Part shown: positions 16,546 through 26,680 of the stretch, in pieces | How positions within the stretch are numbered: the stretch's first letter is position 1 | Layout of the letters: the number at the start of each line of letters is the position of its first letter | Assembly: GCA_001794635.1 (NCBI GenBank) | Contig: MGKE01000001.1 | Coordinates: 1 to 56,168, forward strand | From: Candidatus Yanofskybacteria bacterium RIFCSPLOWO2_01_FULL_39_28 | GTDB taxonomy: Bacteria; Patescibacteriota; Minisyncoccia; 2-02-FULL-40-12; GWA2-44-9 | DNA length: 56,168 bases | Direction: 5' to 3' | Made by a program: the position numbers and the translations under genes | The notes under the pieces: generated by a model | Told to the model about the DNA's origin: nothing | Database searches by the model: none | Seen by the model: the letters and a program-made list of their open reading frames with translations, nothing else

Positions 16546-17775
16546 ATGGCTATAGATATAGTTGATAATCCCTATAAAAAAGAAATAGACGCCGAGTTGG
16601 CAAAAAGTGAAATATCCATAATTAATTTGGTTAGTTGGCTTTTGGCTTATGCTTGCGACGTTAAAGCTTCGGATATTCATATAGATACGGCGGAAAACAA
16701 CATTAGAATTAGGTTTAGAATTGACGGCATTTTAAAACAAATGCTTACCCTTCCGTCATATCTTCAGTCAGAAATTATAAGCCGAATCAAGATTTTGTCA
16801 CACTTAAGAACTGATGAACACCAAGCCACTCAAGATGGACGTTTTAAGGTTACTATGCCCAACTTGGGAATAATTGACATCAGGGTAGCAACCACCCCAA
16901 CATATCACGGAGAGAGTGTTATTCTGCGTATTTTATCCAATAACAACCGGGGTCTTGATTTGGATGCATTGGGTTTCTGTAAAGAAAAACGAGGCAAGAT
17001 TCTAGATGCTATTAAAAAAACTAGCGGTATGATTTTAGCTACTGGACCAACCGGCTCAGGTAAAACATCAACCCTATATTCAATTTTAAAAATATTAAAC
17101 ACGGAAAGTACATCAATAATTACACTGGAGGATCCAATTGAATATTCTTTAGATAATATTAGACAGATTCCCGTCAACAATAGAACTGGCTTAAATTTTA
17201 ATACCGGCCTTAGATCTATATTGAGACAAGATCCTGACATTATAATGGTTGGGGAAATCAGAGATGAGGAAACCGCAAATTTAGCTGTTAACAGTTCTCT
17301 TACTGGACACCTGCTCCTATCTACTCTTCATACAAGCGATGCCGCTACCACGTTGCCAAGATTATTAGATATGAAAATTGAACCTTATTTAATTTCTTCA
17401 ACCGTCAATCTCGTAATCAGTCAGCGGTTGGTTAGAAAAATATGCCCCGAGTGTAAAGTCGCCTATACTCTTAAACCTGAGGAGATAACAAGTGTAACAA
17501 ATCTTAAGCTCTTAATTTTTGACGATGCCAAATTTTACAAAGGAACAGGGTGTCCAGCCTGTGATAATACCGGTTATAAAGACAGGGTCGGTATTTATGA
17601 AGTTATGGTTATGAACGATGATATTAGGCAATGCATATTAAGAAAAGAGTCAGCGGAGAAAATTAAAAAAACCGCCATGATAAATGGCATGGAAACCATG
17701 TTTGAAGACGGATTAAAAAAAGCAGCCAAAGGTATCACCACGATTGAGGAAGTATTGAGAGTAATTAGTGAATAA
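16546..17775 (+). CDS. GspE/PilB-family assembly ATPase
   Basis: ASDIHI, RFRIDG, GPTGSGKT, TLEDPIEY, LRQDPDIIMVGEIRD, STLHT, tetracysteine C-x-x-C...C-x-x-C. Confidence 0.95.
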   Translation: MAIDIVDNPYKKEIDAELAKSEISIINLVSWLLAYACDVKASDIHIDTAENNIRIRFRIDGILKQMLTLPSYLQSEIISRIKILSHLRTDEHQATQDGRFKVTMPNLGIIDIRVATTPTYHGESVILRILSNNNRGLDLDALGFCKEKRGKILDAIKKTSGMILATGPTGSGKTSTLYSILKILNTESTSIITLEDPIEYSLDNIRQIPVNNRTGLNFNTGLRSILRQDPDIIMVGEIRDEETANLAVNSSLTGHLLLSTLHTSDAATTLPRLLDMKIEPYLISSTVNLVISQRLVRKICPECKVAYTLKPEEITSVTNLKLLIFDDAKFYKGTGCPACDNTGYKDRVGIYEVMVMNDDIRQCILRKESAEKIKKTAMINGMETMFEDGLKKAAKGITTIEEVLRVISE

Positions 17776-18838
17776 AATGTTTAATTTTTCTGGAAAATTA
17801 TCTTTTCATGAAAAAGCTGAATTTGCAAAACGCTTAGCTTTTTTAATTAAAGCTAATATTCCGATAGTTGAAAGTTTGCACATATTAAGAGATCAGTGTA
17901 ATTCTAAATCAAGAATAAAGATGTGGGATCAGATTATTGTAGATGTATCTAACGGACAATACTTATCAACCGGTCTTCTAAAACACCGCCAAATCTTCGG
18001 TGATTTTACTATTAACCTAATCAAGATCGGCGAAGAAACTGGAATTCTTCATCAAAACCTTGAGTATCTGTCTGAAGAATTTAGAAAAAAGTATGAACTA
18101 AAGAAAAAAGTCGTAGGCGCTCTGATATACCCCCTATTTATAATGGCTGTTACAATTGGTCTCATTGGGGTAATTGCGCTTTATGTTTTTCCAAAAGTCA
18201 TTCCTATCTTTAGTAGCTTTGGGCCCAATTTACCACTCGCCACCAAAATACTAATAGCCTCAAGCAATTTTGCCGTTAACTACTGGCCATATGCCGGGGG
18301 TGTGATTTTATTACTTGGTTTAGTTTTAACTTTTTTATATAAGAGGGTTAAAGTCTTTAATTTTTACGCTAATAAAGCATCTTTCTTTGTTCCTATTATA
18401 GGTACTCTTTTAAAAAATTATCAGCTGGCAAATTTTTCAAGAAATATGGGCCTTTTGATTAATTGCAACATAAACATTGTATCGGCCGCAAATATTGCGG
18501 CCGAGTCAACCACAAACCCGGTTTACAAAAAAGTGATGTATGAATTAGCAGAAGACATTACCAGCGGTAAAAAAATATCTCAATGCCTCACAATGTCTCC
18601 TTCCCTTTTTCCATACATGGCCAATCATGTAATTTCTGTTGGCGAGAGAACTGGAAATCTTTATGAGGCTTTTATGGACTTGAGCAAATATTACGAAAAC
18701 GAAGTTGATGATCTAACTAAAAACCTTTCTAATTCTCTTGAACCAGTTCTTTTAATATTTATGGGTCTCATAGTCGGGCTGGTGGCCATATCAGTAATTG
18801 CTCCAATATACGAAATTACTAAAAGTATTCATGCCTAA
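17768..18838 (+). CDS. GspF/PilC-family platform protein
   Basis: IGEETG, ALIYP, VGERTG, LEPVLL. Confidence 0.93.
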   Translation: MNKMFNFSGKLSFHEKAEFAKRLAFLIKANIPIVESLHILRDQCNSKSRIKMWDQIIVDVSNGQYLSTGLLKHRQIFGDFTINLIKIGEETGILHQNLEYLSEEFRKKYELKKKVVGALIYPLFIMAVTIGLIGVIALYVFPKVIPIFSSFGPNLPLATKILIASSNFAVNYWPYAGGVILLLGLVLTFLYKRVKVFNFYANKASFFVPIIGTLLKNYQLANFSRNMGLLINCNINIVSAANIAAESTTNPVYKKVMYELAEDITSGKKISQCLTMSPSLFPYMANHVISVGERTGNLYEAFMDLSKYYENEVDDLTKNLSNSLEPVLLIFMGLIVGLVAISVIAPIYEITKSIHA

Positions 18839-19283
18839 ATCCAAAATAAAATTGAATGCTGGTTTTACATTGCTTGAAACAGTAATTGCTCTGGCGATAG
18901 TTGTAATTCTTGTCGGGTTGTATCCTTTTTTAAACATTGATGAACTTATATCAAGGAATTTTGAGTCAAATATAAGCAGTGCCGTAACTTCAATCATTAG
19001 AGCCCGGTCTGAATCTATCAACAACATAGGCAACTCTCCTCACGGCTTTAAAATTATACCGGGCAGTTACATAATATTTGAAGGGCAAGATTATGTTTCC
19101 AGAAATTTATCCAAAGATAAAGTAATACCCCAGGGTAGCAATGATCTGGTTTTTTCTGGAATTGACGAAATCGTCTTTAGCCAACTGTCAGGCGATTCAA
19201 CTGCAAGCGATAGTTTTACAATCACCAGAGGAACAAAAATGGCAACTATTCATATTAACTACGAGGGCAGGATTGATTGGTAA
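18831..19283 (+). CDS. Prepilin-like minor pilin (FimT/GspH-like)
   Basis: Class III signal AG|FTLLE plus hydrophobic helix; likely start ATG 18831. Confidence 0.85.
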   Translation: MPKSKIKLNAGFTLLETVIALAIVVILVGLYPFLNIDELISRNFESNISSAVTSIIRARSESINNIGNSPHGFKIIPGSYIIFEGQDYVSRNLSKDKVIPQGSNDLVFSGIDEIVFSQLSGDSTASDSFTITRGTKMATIHINYEGRIDW

Positions 19284-19284
19284 T

Positions 19285-20724
19285 ATGACTAAAAATAAAT
19301 CACAAAACGGTTTTATTATTTTAGACATAGTAATATCTATGGTCATCATTGTAACGGTTTTAACAACTGTTATTTTGGTTGTTTTTAGTAATCAAACAGT
19401 GGCTTTGGATACTAAACTCAACAGTGAGGCACTGGGTAAAGCTGAGAAAATTATTGAAGATGCCAAAATCCAAAGCCGTTTAGATTATTTTAAAACAGAC
19501 AGTTCTTCCTTGTTTGATGGATTTTTTCAAAAAAACCTGCTGGTACACGATATCAGCCCTTGTTTAAAAAACGCTAAATCAAGCGTTGAATGGCAAACTG
19601 ATCCGAACAGGCCAGGTAAAGTTGAATTAGAAACAATACTAATCAATGTCTTCAGCACAACTTCTTTGTCGGGTGATTGCGGTCCAACAAGTCTTTCAAA
19701 AACCAACTGGGAAAACATAAACTGCCAAGAAGGTTATTTTGATTATCCATCTCCAGATATTGTATCCACCGGAGTAGATTTAATAAAACGTGGACAAAAT
19801 AATTATGCAGTCTTAGCGGCCGAAGGATCAGCTGGCAGTAATAATCTCTGGGTTATTGACATCAATGACGTTAACTCTCCTTTCGCGGTTTCTTCGCTTG
19901 ATACAGGCTCTTCTTTAAATGATGTTGATGTGGCTGGTAAATACGCTTTTTCCATAGGAAATTCATCTGATAGCCAGCTTAGAATAGTTGACCTGACGGA
20001 TTTATCAAATCCGATTTTAATTACTTCTAGGTCATTGCCTGGAACATACGGATCAGAAGGTAGAAAGATATTTTACCATAACAACCTCGTTTATGTGGGC
20101 ACTGATAATACTTACGATAACGAATTTTATATTTACAGTGTTTTAAATCCAGCTAATCCAACATTTTTGGGTGGCTACCAAATAGACGGAAGTGTGGAGG
20201 ACTTATTCATAAGAGAGGAGATTGTTGACGGCTCCCTAAAAACTTTAGCTTACATGACTTTGTCTGCTATTAATAGTGCCTATCCCGAATTTATTGTTCT
20301 TGACGTTTCTGATCCTGGTTTGATTGTTTTTAGAGGATTCTTTGATATGCCGGGAAACAAAAGCGCAAAGACATTATATATCCTTGGAAAGTATGCCTAT
20401 ATTGGCATGGGAAGTGGTGTTGGTGATAATTTATATGTTTTGAATATTTCTAACTTAAACCAGATAAACCTTTCCGATGCAACCACCTTAGACAGTCAAG
20501 AGTTGGGAATCCAAAAAATAATGGCTTCCGGTAATCTTGCTTTCGCCTCAATACCAGGTAACTCAGGAGAAGTAATTATTATTGATACAACCGATAAAAC
20601 CAGTGTAGCCCCGACTTCATCTTGTTATCATAATCAAAATATAACTGATTTTGACTTAGATAATAAATATATTTATACAGCAAATTACAACGAAAGAGGT
20701 TTGGGAATAATAGCTGATAATTAA
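19285..20724 (+). CDS. Prepilin-like protein with C-terminal LVIVD-like repeats
   Basis: NG|FIILD signal; repeated LWVID/LRIVD/FIVLDVS/LYVLNIS units; likely start ATG 19285. Confidence 0.8.
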   Translation: MTKNKSQNGFIILDIVISMVIIVTVLTTVILVVFSNQTVALDTKLNSEALGKAEKIIEDAKIQSRLDYFKTDSSSLFDGFFQKNLLVHDISPCLKNAKSSVEWQTDPNRPGKVELETILINVFSTTSLSGDCGPTSLSKTNWENINCQEGYFDYPSPDIVSTGVDLIKRGQNNYAVLAAEGSAGSNNLWVIDINDVNSPFAVSSLDTGSSLNDVDVAGKYAFSIGNSSDSQLRIVDLTDLSNPILITSRSLPGTYGSEGRKIFYHNNLVYVGTDNTYDNEFYIYSVLNPANPTFLGGYQIDGSVEDLFIREEIVDGSLKTLAYMTLSAINSAYPEFIVLDVSDPGLIVFRGFFDMPGNKSAKTLYILGKYAYIGMGSGVGDNLYVLNISNLNQINLSDATTLDSQELGIQKIMASGNLAFASIPGNSGEVIIIDTTDKTSVAPTSSCYHNQNITDFDLDNKYIYTANYNERGLGIIADN

Positions 20725-21213
20725 ATGACGATTTTAAGCCAAAAAGGGTTCAGTTTGCTAGAGATAGTAATCTATCTTGGTTTAATGTCGCTGGTTATCG
20801 GCGGCGCCTTAATGGCTGCCTACGAAATATTAGGAAATGAATCTAAATTAGAAGAAAAGGTTGTAGTTAGTAATGAAGGTGACTTTTTGGTAAAAAAAAT
20901 CGGATGGGTTTTAAGCGAAATCTCCGATATTAATTATCCCGGTCCTGGTCTATCGGGTAATTATCTTTCAATAAATAAACAAAATTATGCTAAAAATCCA
21001 ATTATACTTGATCAAGTTGATGGAAAAATAAGAATCAAAAAAGGAACAGGCGAACCAATTTTAATCAATAATTCATTCGTCAATGTTTCAAGTTTGAGCT
21101 TTAAGTTTAATCACATTGATAATTTTAAACCTGCGGATTATATTACTGCTTCTTTTTATTTAAATGGGGGATATTTTGAAGTTAATAAGCCCATAGGAAT
21201 ATTGGGGATTTAA
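20725..21213 (+). CDS. Prepilin-like minor pilin (PilW/GspJ-like)
   Basis: KG|FSLLE plus hydrophobic helix. Confidence 0.85.
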   Translation: MTILSQKGFSLLEIVIYLGLMSLVIGGALMAAYEILGNESKLEEKVVVSNEGDFLVKKIGWVLSEISDINYPGPGLSGNYLSINKQNYAKNPIILDQVDGKIRIKKGTGEPILINNSFVNVSSLSFKFNHIDNFKPADYITASFYLNGGYFEVNKPIGILGI

Positions 21214-21217
21214 TATT

Positions 21218-22336
21218 ATGGACAAGATTCATGCAAACAAAAGGGAGAGTGGTTATATAACCTTAATCTCAGCTATTATTATTGCTGGGGTTTTAATGGT
21301 AGCCACTTTTTCTTTGAGTTATGATGGCTTTACTGCCCGTTTCAATCTTCTTGACCGGAACAATAAAGAAAAAAGTTTGCAACTAGCCGAAGGTTGCGCC
21401 AATATTGCTGTTCAAAGATTATTAGAAGATGTTAACTATTTTGGAAATGAGACTATAAGCATAGGTTCGGAGGAATGTTCTATATTGGATATTGACCCAA
21501 TAGATGACACCCGAACCATTAGAACAAGCTCTGTTGTTGGATCTGCTTATACCAACATAGAGGTGGGAGTTATTATCAGCCCTTCTCAGTCATCCACAGA
21601 ACCTGAATCTGGACCAACACCGTCACCCATTCCTAGTCTTTGTGCCGATACAATAATGATGCTCGACCGAACCGGAAGCATGAACGCAACAGCTAGGGCC
21701 GATGAACAGGTAGCAGCTAAAAATTTGATAAATTTATTCTCTGGCGTTTTTCCAACAGCCAAAATTGGAGTTGGACGATTTGGTGATAGCGCCAATGGTG
21801 GAATTGAAGCTGAGATTTTAACCTCAGGTCAATTAACTGACGTCTATGGAGACGATGACCCGGGAAATGATAGCGATAATGACCTTTTTCATGCCGTTGA
21901 AACTGCCACCAACACAAACAGTTCTGTTGGTACAAATTTAAAAGACGCTATTGATGTTGCTCAAGCTGAATTAGAAAGTTCTAGAGGCACCAGTCTTCCA
22001 AACGTAATTATAATCATTTCCGATGGCGACCCAAGCGAACCTACGACCGATCCTTTAACAGCGGCCTCTAATGCGGCAAATTCAGCAAAGGCAGCTGGTA
22101 CTGAAATATTTACTATTCATTTCGGAGATGATCCTTCTGGTCTCGCCGGACAAGAGTTGTTATTATCTATGGCAACAGATGAAAATCATTTCTTTGTTTC
22201 CCCCACCTCGGCCGATCTTCAAGATTTATTTGTGACTATCGCCAATAATATATGCCCGGAAATTTCTAACCCAATATTATCTCCGGCCAGTAGTTATATA
22301 GACATCAACTCTTGGAAAGAAGTCCCTAATTTCTAA
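21218..22336 (+). CDS. PilX-like pilin fused to a von Willebrand A domain
   Basis: SG|YITL plus TM; AEGCA; vWA motifs MLDRTGS and IIISDG. Confidence 0.8.
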   Translation: MDKIHANKRESGYITLISAIIIAGVLMVATFSLSYDGFTARFNLLDRNNKEKSLQLAEGCANIAVQRLLEDVNYFGNETISIGSEECSILDIDPIDDTRTIRTSSVVGSAYTNIEVGVIISPSQSSTEPESGPTPSPIPSLCADTIMMLDRTGSMNATARADEQVAAKNLINLFSGVFPTAKIGVGRFGDSANGGIEAEILTSGQLTDVYGDDDPGNDSDNDLFHAVETATNTNSSVGTNLKDAIDVAQAELESSRGTSLPNVIIIISDGDPSEPTTDPLTAASNAANSAKAAGTEIFTIHFGDDPSGLAGQELLLSMATDENHFFVSPTSADLQDLFVTIANNICPEISNPILSPASSYIDINSWKEVPNF

Positions 22337-23006
22337 AACTTTTGTAACTATTTTTTCCCAAAACTATCCTGCTTAATTGCTTTACCGCTTTCTTTACTTG
22401 TTGACGGTGATGTTTTTCTTTCAAAAAGTGCCAAGCCGGAGGAATAACTGAAGTAAAAACAATGGCCAAAATAATTGGTATAAGATACTGGTCAATATTC
22501 GGTATAGCGCTACCAAGAAAATAACCAGCTAATGGTACTCCTATTCCCCAAGCAAGGCCGCCGATAAAATTATAAAAGAAAAAATCTGAATATTTCATAG
22601 TACCAACTCCGGCCACAATCGGAGCAAAAGTTCTGACAATGGGCATAAAACGGGCCAGAATTAGGGTTTTGCCTCCGTATTTTTTATAATATTCACTGGC
22701 CCTAACGAGATGATCTTTGTGAAATAATAGCGAGTCTTCTCTTTTAAAAATAGCCGGCCCGACTTTCCTGCCAAAAGCATAGCCGAAGTTATCTCCCAAA
22801 ACAGCGGCGCTAAATGTAATAATAATCAAAGGCAAAACATGCAAATAGTCCTGAGCTGCCAAGAATCCAGCCGTAAATAAGAGTGAGTCCCCTGGTAAGA
22901 AAAATCCGATAAATAAACCTGATTCAGCAAAAACAATCAAAAACAAACCAATATATCCGGCCGCTTTTATTAAAGCAATTAAATCAATACCCAATAATTG
23001 ATCCAT
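22326..23006 (-). CDS. dedA: DedA family membrane protein
   Basis: FAESGL, LPGDSLLF, LARFMP-x-VRTF. Confidence 0.92.
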   Translation of the reverse strand: MDQLLGIDLIALIKAAGYIGLFLIVFAESGLFIGFFLPGDSLLFTAGFLAAQDYLHVLPLIIITFSAAVLGDNFGYAFGRKVGPAIFKREDSLLFHKDHLVRASEYYKKYGGKTLILARFMPIVRTFAPIVAGVGTMKYSDFFFYNFIGGLAWGIGVPLAGYFLGSAIPNIDQYLIPIILAIVFTSVIPPAWHFLKEKHHRQQVKKAVKQLSRIVLGKNSYKSFRN

Positions 23007-23035
23007 GTAAAAGTTATATTCTATCCTATACGATA

Positions 23036-25345
23036 CTATACCAACTTATTTTTGTTGCGATTTAGAAAGACCGCAATAAGTATAACAGCTAACAACGCAA
23101 TAAGCCATCGCCAGCTAAACCAACTTAATAATACACCGATAGAGGCCAAAGACTTAATCTCCGGTGAAACTTCGGGTGAAAGTTCTAATGAATCAGATTG
23201 CTTGACAGAATTTTGTTCAGAACCAGAGTCCTGGTCTACACCTGACCCAGCAATTGCTTTTACAATTGTTATATTATCATCAACGGGTCTTGCTATCTGT
23301 ATTGGGGTTAGGATTGGGGTCGGTATCAGAATCGGTGTCAAAACTGGAGATGGTGACGGAGAAGCAAGAGGGCCATTAATAAATTCTCCGATCCAGCCTC
23401 CTCCCCATCCACCTCCACCGCCAGAAGAACTGCCTTCTTCATTATCTCCCCCATTATCGCTTGAGTCATTACCTGAGTTGCTTGTGGTAGCATAATAGGA
23501 AGCCTTAGTCGCCTGGAAGGTACAAATACCTTCGGTAACAGTACAAGTTGCCGGCGATACAATGCCATCACTAGTCCAGTCACCAGTACCGGTTATTGAA
23601 CGCACCACTTCCAGAGACTGGTCATTAAATTCAGTACCGACAAAAATATTAACTGTTATTGGGATACTGAACTTCAATCCAACATTTGGAATCCCCCATT
23701 GGAGAGCGCCATTAATCACAATGCCTGAAGCAAGACCAGCCAAAGAACTAAGATCAACATCAAAAGAAGTAATTTGACCGAAATCAAACGAGCTATCGTC
23801 AACACGAGAAATAACAAGGTCTTTTTCTAAAATAATTTTACCATATGAAGTGCTGGAAGCTTTTATCTCAACGTTCTGAGCCAGAGTAATTTGACTTGTT
23901 GAAGAAGCTGTTGTTCCTTCATACAGAACAAACACATTCTCATCAAGCAGACTTTGAAAATCAAGAGGGACGGCCTCAATTTTTTCTATTGTGTAAGAAA
24001 ATGAAGCTACCGTCGAAACTGATTCCTCATCTGTGCAACCAATAGCGATTATAGTTTTAGTTGAAAATATTGATATCGGTGAATCATAGAGATCGCCAGA
24101 GGAACAGTTGGGTGTGGTATCGTCGGTGGTAAAATTAATATAGTTAGAGTTGGTGGACGAGAGCTCAATCTTTTGGATTGAAAAATAACTTCCAGCTAGT
24201 GGACTTGCTATGGGAGCCAGCGGTAACGGTTCCAAATCACCCCAAACAACCACATCATCTATAAAAATTTCGTCGTTATCAGAATTACCATTAATTTGGA
24301 ACTTAAAACTTAAGCTTGAGACATTGTTTGCTCCGTCTAGGGGTCCAAAAACAATTGGCTCATAGAGAGTATCGTCTGAGTTCCCTGTTTCGCCATTTAT
24401 TGTTTCCAGAGAAGTCCAGTTTTCACCATTGTTGGCAGAATAATACGACTGAAATGATTCATCGGCCTCAAGACTATCAACTCTTCGGGCATATCTGATT
24501 TTAATATTCTTATAGTCATAGGTGTCCAGAGATTTTGTCAATATGCCATCATTTTTAAGACTGATCCCCTGCCCTTTTTCCTCACCCAAATCTTCACCGT
24601 TATCATCTGTCCAAATTTTAGTTACATCCAAATCGTCCTCACTATAGCCAGCATCGTCTTCAACAATACTTACATTTTCTCCAAAAACCCAGCTAGTGGA
24701 GGCCAGGTTACTTTCAAAACCATGATAAAATAGTGCCGGATTCTCTCCTGTTACCGTTAGATTATCAACTCCCACCCTGTCATTGGCATGATTGCCGTTA
24801 ACATAAAATCTCAAGGTGAGTTTTGTGTTTCTATCTGTATTTTCTATCGTAAATTCAATATTTGAATGAGGCTGGCTCGCCGTTAGTGTTTCCAGGACTG
24901 TAAAAGTTCCTCCGTCCAGAGAATATTCTGACTTAAATTCATCGCCGTCGCTAAAACCTTCTATGGTCCTGGAATACATGACCTTAAGTTCGGTATAGCC
25001 AAAAGTTGCTATGTGCCTTTCGGCCCCATCATCAGGATTAGACCCACTCGCGCCTTCAAGAAGCATTCCTTTTGTTCCATCAAGGCCGACAATAAAACTA
25101 TCTGGTGAGTCAGTTGTTTTTCTACTGGGAGCCGATGAACCGCTAAAGGTTACCCAGCCGTTTTTCAAACCGCTTGAATCCTGGTCAAAAGTATCAGAAA
25201 AAATGGCGATTGGTTCCGCATTAGCAATTGGTATAAACCAGTAAAAAATATGAGGCAAGTCAATGTTACTGGACGAGAATAAAACTAGAAAAAACCAGAC
25301 CCAAAACCTTGCTATTTTGTAGCTCTGAACCATAATATTACTCAA
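23036..25345 (-). CDS. Large surface protein: duplicated beta domains, chitobiase/beta-hexosaminidase C-terminal-like domain, low-complexity stalk, C-terminal TM anchor
   Basis: N-terminal hydrophobic segment; internal repeat; P-x-ASP-x-AGSY...FTTD-x-T-x-P motif; S/G and P/T linkers; TM plus basic tail. Confidence 0.75.
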   Translation of the reverse strand: MSNIMVQSYKIARFWVWFFLVLFSSSNIDLPHIFYWFIPIANAEPIAIFSDTFDQDSSGLKNGWVTFSGSSAPSRKTTDSPDSFIVGLDGTKGMLLEGASGSNPDDGAERHIATFGYTELKVMYSRTIEGFSDGDEFKSEYSLDGGTFTVLETLTASQPHSNIEFTIENTDRNTKLTLRFYVNGNHANDRVGVDNLTVTGENPALFYHGFESNLASTSWVFGENVSIVEDDAGYSEDDLDVTKIWTDDNGEDLGEEKGQGISLKNDGILTKSLDTYDYKNIKIRYARRVDSLEADESFQSYYSANNGENWTSLETINGETGNSDDTLYEPIVFGPLDGANNVSSLSFKFQINGNSDNDEIFIDDVVVWGDLEPLPLAPIASPLAGSYFSIQKIELSSTNSNYINFTTDDTTPNCSSGDLYDSPISIFSTKTIIAIGCTDEESVSTVASFSYTIEKIEAVPLDFQSLLDENVFVLYEGTTASSTSQITLAQNVEIKASSTSYGKIILEKDLVISRVDDSSFDFGQITSFDVDLSSLAGLASGIVINGALQWGIPNVGLKFSIPITVNIFVGTEFNDQSLEVVRSITGTGDWTSDGIVSPATCTVTEGICTFQATKASYYATTSNSGNDSSDNGGDNEEGSSSGGGGGWGGGWIGEFINGPLASPSPSPVLTPILIPTPILTPIQIARPVDDNITIVKAIAGSGVDQDSGSEQNSVKQSDSLELSPEVSPEIKSLASIGVLLSWFSWRWLIALLAVILIAVFLNRNKNKLV

Positions 25346-25387
25346 GGCCTAAATTATACTGTATTTTTAACCTAAAGTTAAAAAACC

Positions 25388-25473
25388 CGGAGTCGGATGC
25401 TTAACTGGGAAATGTCCCTCCCCATTTTTTCAAAGAAAAAATGGGGAGGGAAAATATCAAGCATCCGACTCCG
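25388..25473. repeat. Nested inverted repeat (two perfect 15-bp stems)
   Basis: CGGAGTCGGATGCTT/AAGCATCCGACTCCG enclosing CCCTCCCCATTTTTT/AAAAAATGGGGAGGG. Confidence 0.85.
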
Positions 25474-25497
25474 AACTTCTTTGAATTTAATAGGTTT

Positions 25498-25531
25498 AAC
25501 AGAATCCTTGACCATCGTCAAGGATTCTGTT
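25498..25531. repeat. Perfect 15-bp stem hairpin
   Basis: AACAGAATCCTTGAC-catc-GTCAAGGATTCTGTT. Confidence 0.85.
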
Positions 25532-25598
25532 TTCTTGAATTGAATTTTTATTAAAAATCTGGTTAAATGAATAAAAGTTCTTATCAAGGGGCGAAGCC

Positions 25599-26000
25599 AT
25601 GGAAACTAATGAGTCCAATGAAGAATTCCCGTTTCAGATGCTTTTTTATTATAGCAATCAGATGTCAAAACTACCGGCCGATAAGTTTACTTGGAAAGAT
25701 CTTTATATGATAAGGGGGGTAATATTGGTATGTGAATTTTACGCTAAAGAGCGGGCTGAAAAAAAATTACTTGAAAAAGCCTGCTTCTGGTGGAACCAGT
25801 TAGCTGAACACTGGAATAGTAAAAACTATGACCAAAAATTTGAGTTTATTGAGATAAAGGAAAGCGTAACAAAAGAAGTTGCCGCTTTGGCTATCAGACC
25901 AAAATTATCGTTAAACGCCTACGATAGAAAATACCTTCGGTCTCTAAGAATAAGATGGGAAGAAAATGAAGAAGATAAGGATGAAGATGACGGCGCCTAA
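25599..26000 (+). CDS. Hypothetical protein (133 aa)
   Basis: ORF with acidic tail; no family recognised. Confidence 0.65.
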   Translation: METNESNEEFPFQMLFYYSNQMSKLPADKFTWKDLYMIRGVILVCEFYAKERAEKKLLEKACFWWNQLAEHWNSKNYDQKFEFIEIKESVTKEVAALAIRPKLSLNAYDRKYLRSLRIRWEENEEDKDEDDGA

Positions 26001-26001
26001 A

Positions 26002-26026
26002 CCCACACTAATGAATGAGTGTGGGG
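26002..26026. repeat. Family B hairpin between convergent genes (may act as terminator)
   Basis: CCCACACT-aatgaatg-AGTGTGGG. Confidence 0.7.
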
Positions 26027-26680
26027 TTATTTTTTCATAGCCGGTCCGGACTCAAGTTTTGAGTCATCTAAACCCCTAAAATCTTTAAATCCAGAATCTG
26101 GAATTTTTTCCGGACCGGCTATACCACGATAAGCTTCAATAAATTCATGAACTAAGGCCTCGTCAACTGAATCCATCTTTAAAAGGTGTTCCCAAGCCAC
26201 CAAAACAATTGGCGAATCATTAGCCGAACGCGGAGTCATAATTATCCTTGACCCATAACCCTTGGCGATATTAGCCAACATTTCTATTTGTTCAGATGAT
26301 AAATCAGGTTTATGAGCTATCCAGACATGGCTATGTTCCAAATTATGAATCAGCTGTTCATCCGGAAACTCTTTATCGTAAATTCCGGTTTGAGCTGGAG
26401 CATCATAGTGCCAGCCACCGGTTGGAGGATTTGAGTTATAGGCTGGGTGTTCGGCTCCGATATCAATGTGGTCTCTAGATTGAGCTTGGAAGTAAGTTCC
26501 TGGGGCAGGTTTACTAGCTTTATTTGAAGCCGTCTTAAAATAGCTGTAAATCGGCCAGCCAATTAAAGTTAAAGCAACTAAAATCACCAGCCACCGGATA
26601 ACCTTCTGAATAGTTTTCTTTTTACGCTCTTCTTGAACTGCTCTGTCTTTCTCTTCTTTTTTTAAAAAGTATTCGTTCAT
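26027..26680 (-). CDS. DUF3105 domain protein
   Basis: H-I-x(7)-YNSNPPTGGWHY, IHNLEH, AW; N-terminal TM. Confidence 0.85.
   Translation of the reverse strand: MNEYFLKKEEKDRAVQEERKKKTIQKVIRWLVILVALTLIGWPIYSYFKTASNKASKPAPGTYFQAQSRDHIDIGAEHPAYNSNPPTGGWHYDAPAQTGIYDKEFPDEQLIHNLEHSHVWIAHKPDLSSEQIEMLANIAKGYGSRIIMTPRSANDSPIVLVAWEHLLKMDSVDEALVHEFIEAYRGIAGPEKIPDSGFKDFRGLDDSKLESGPAMKK

Noticed and set aside
19141-19284. N-terminal extension of the 527-aa pilin ORF
   Set aside because: Overlaps the upstream pilin; the class III signal only fits a start at 19285.
22998-23495. 165-aa plus-strand ORF
   Set aside because: Antisense shadow of the low-complexity C-terminus of the 769-aa surface protein.
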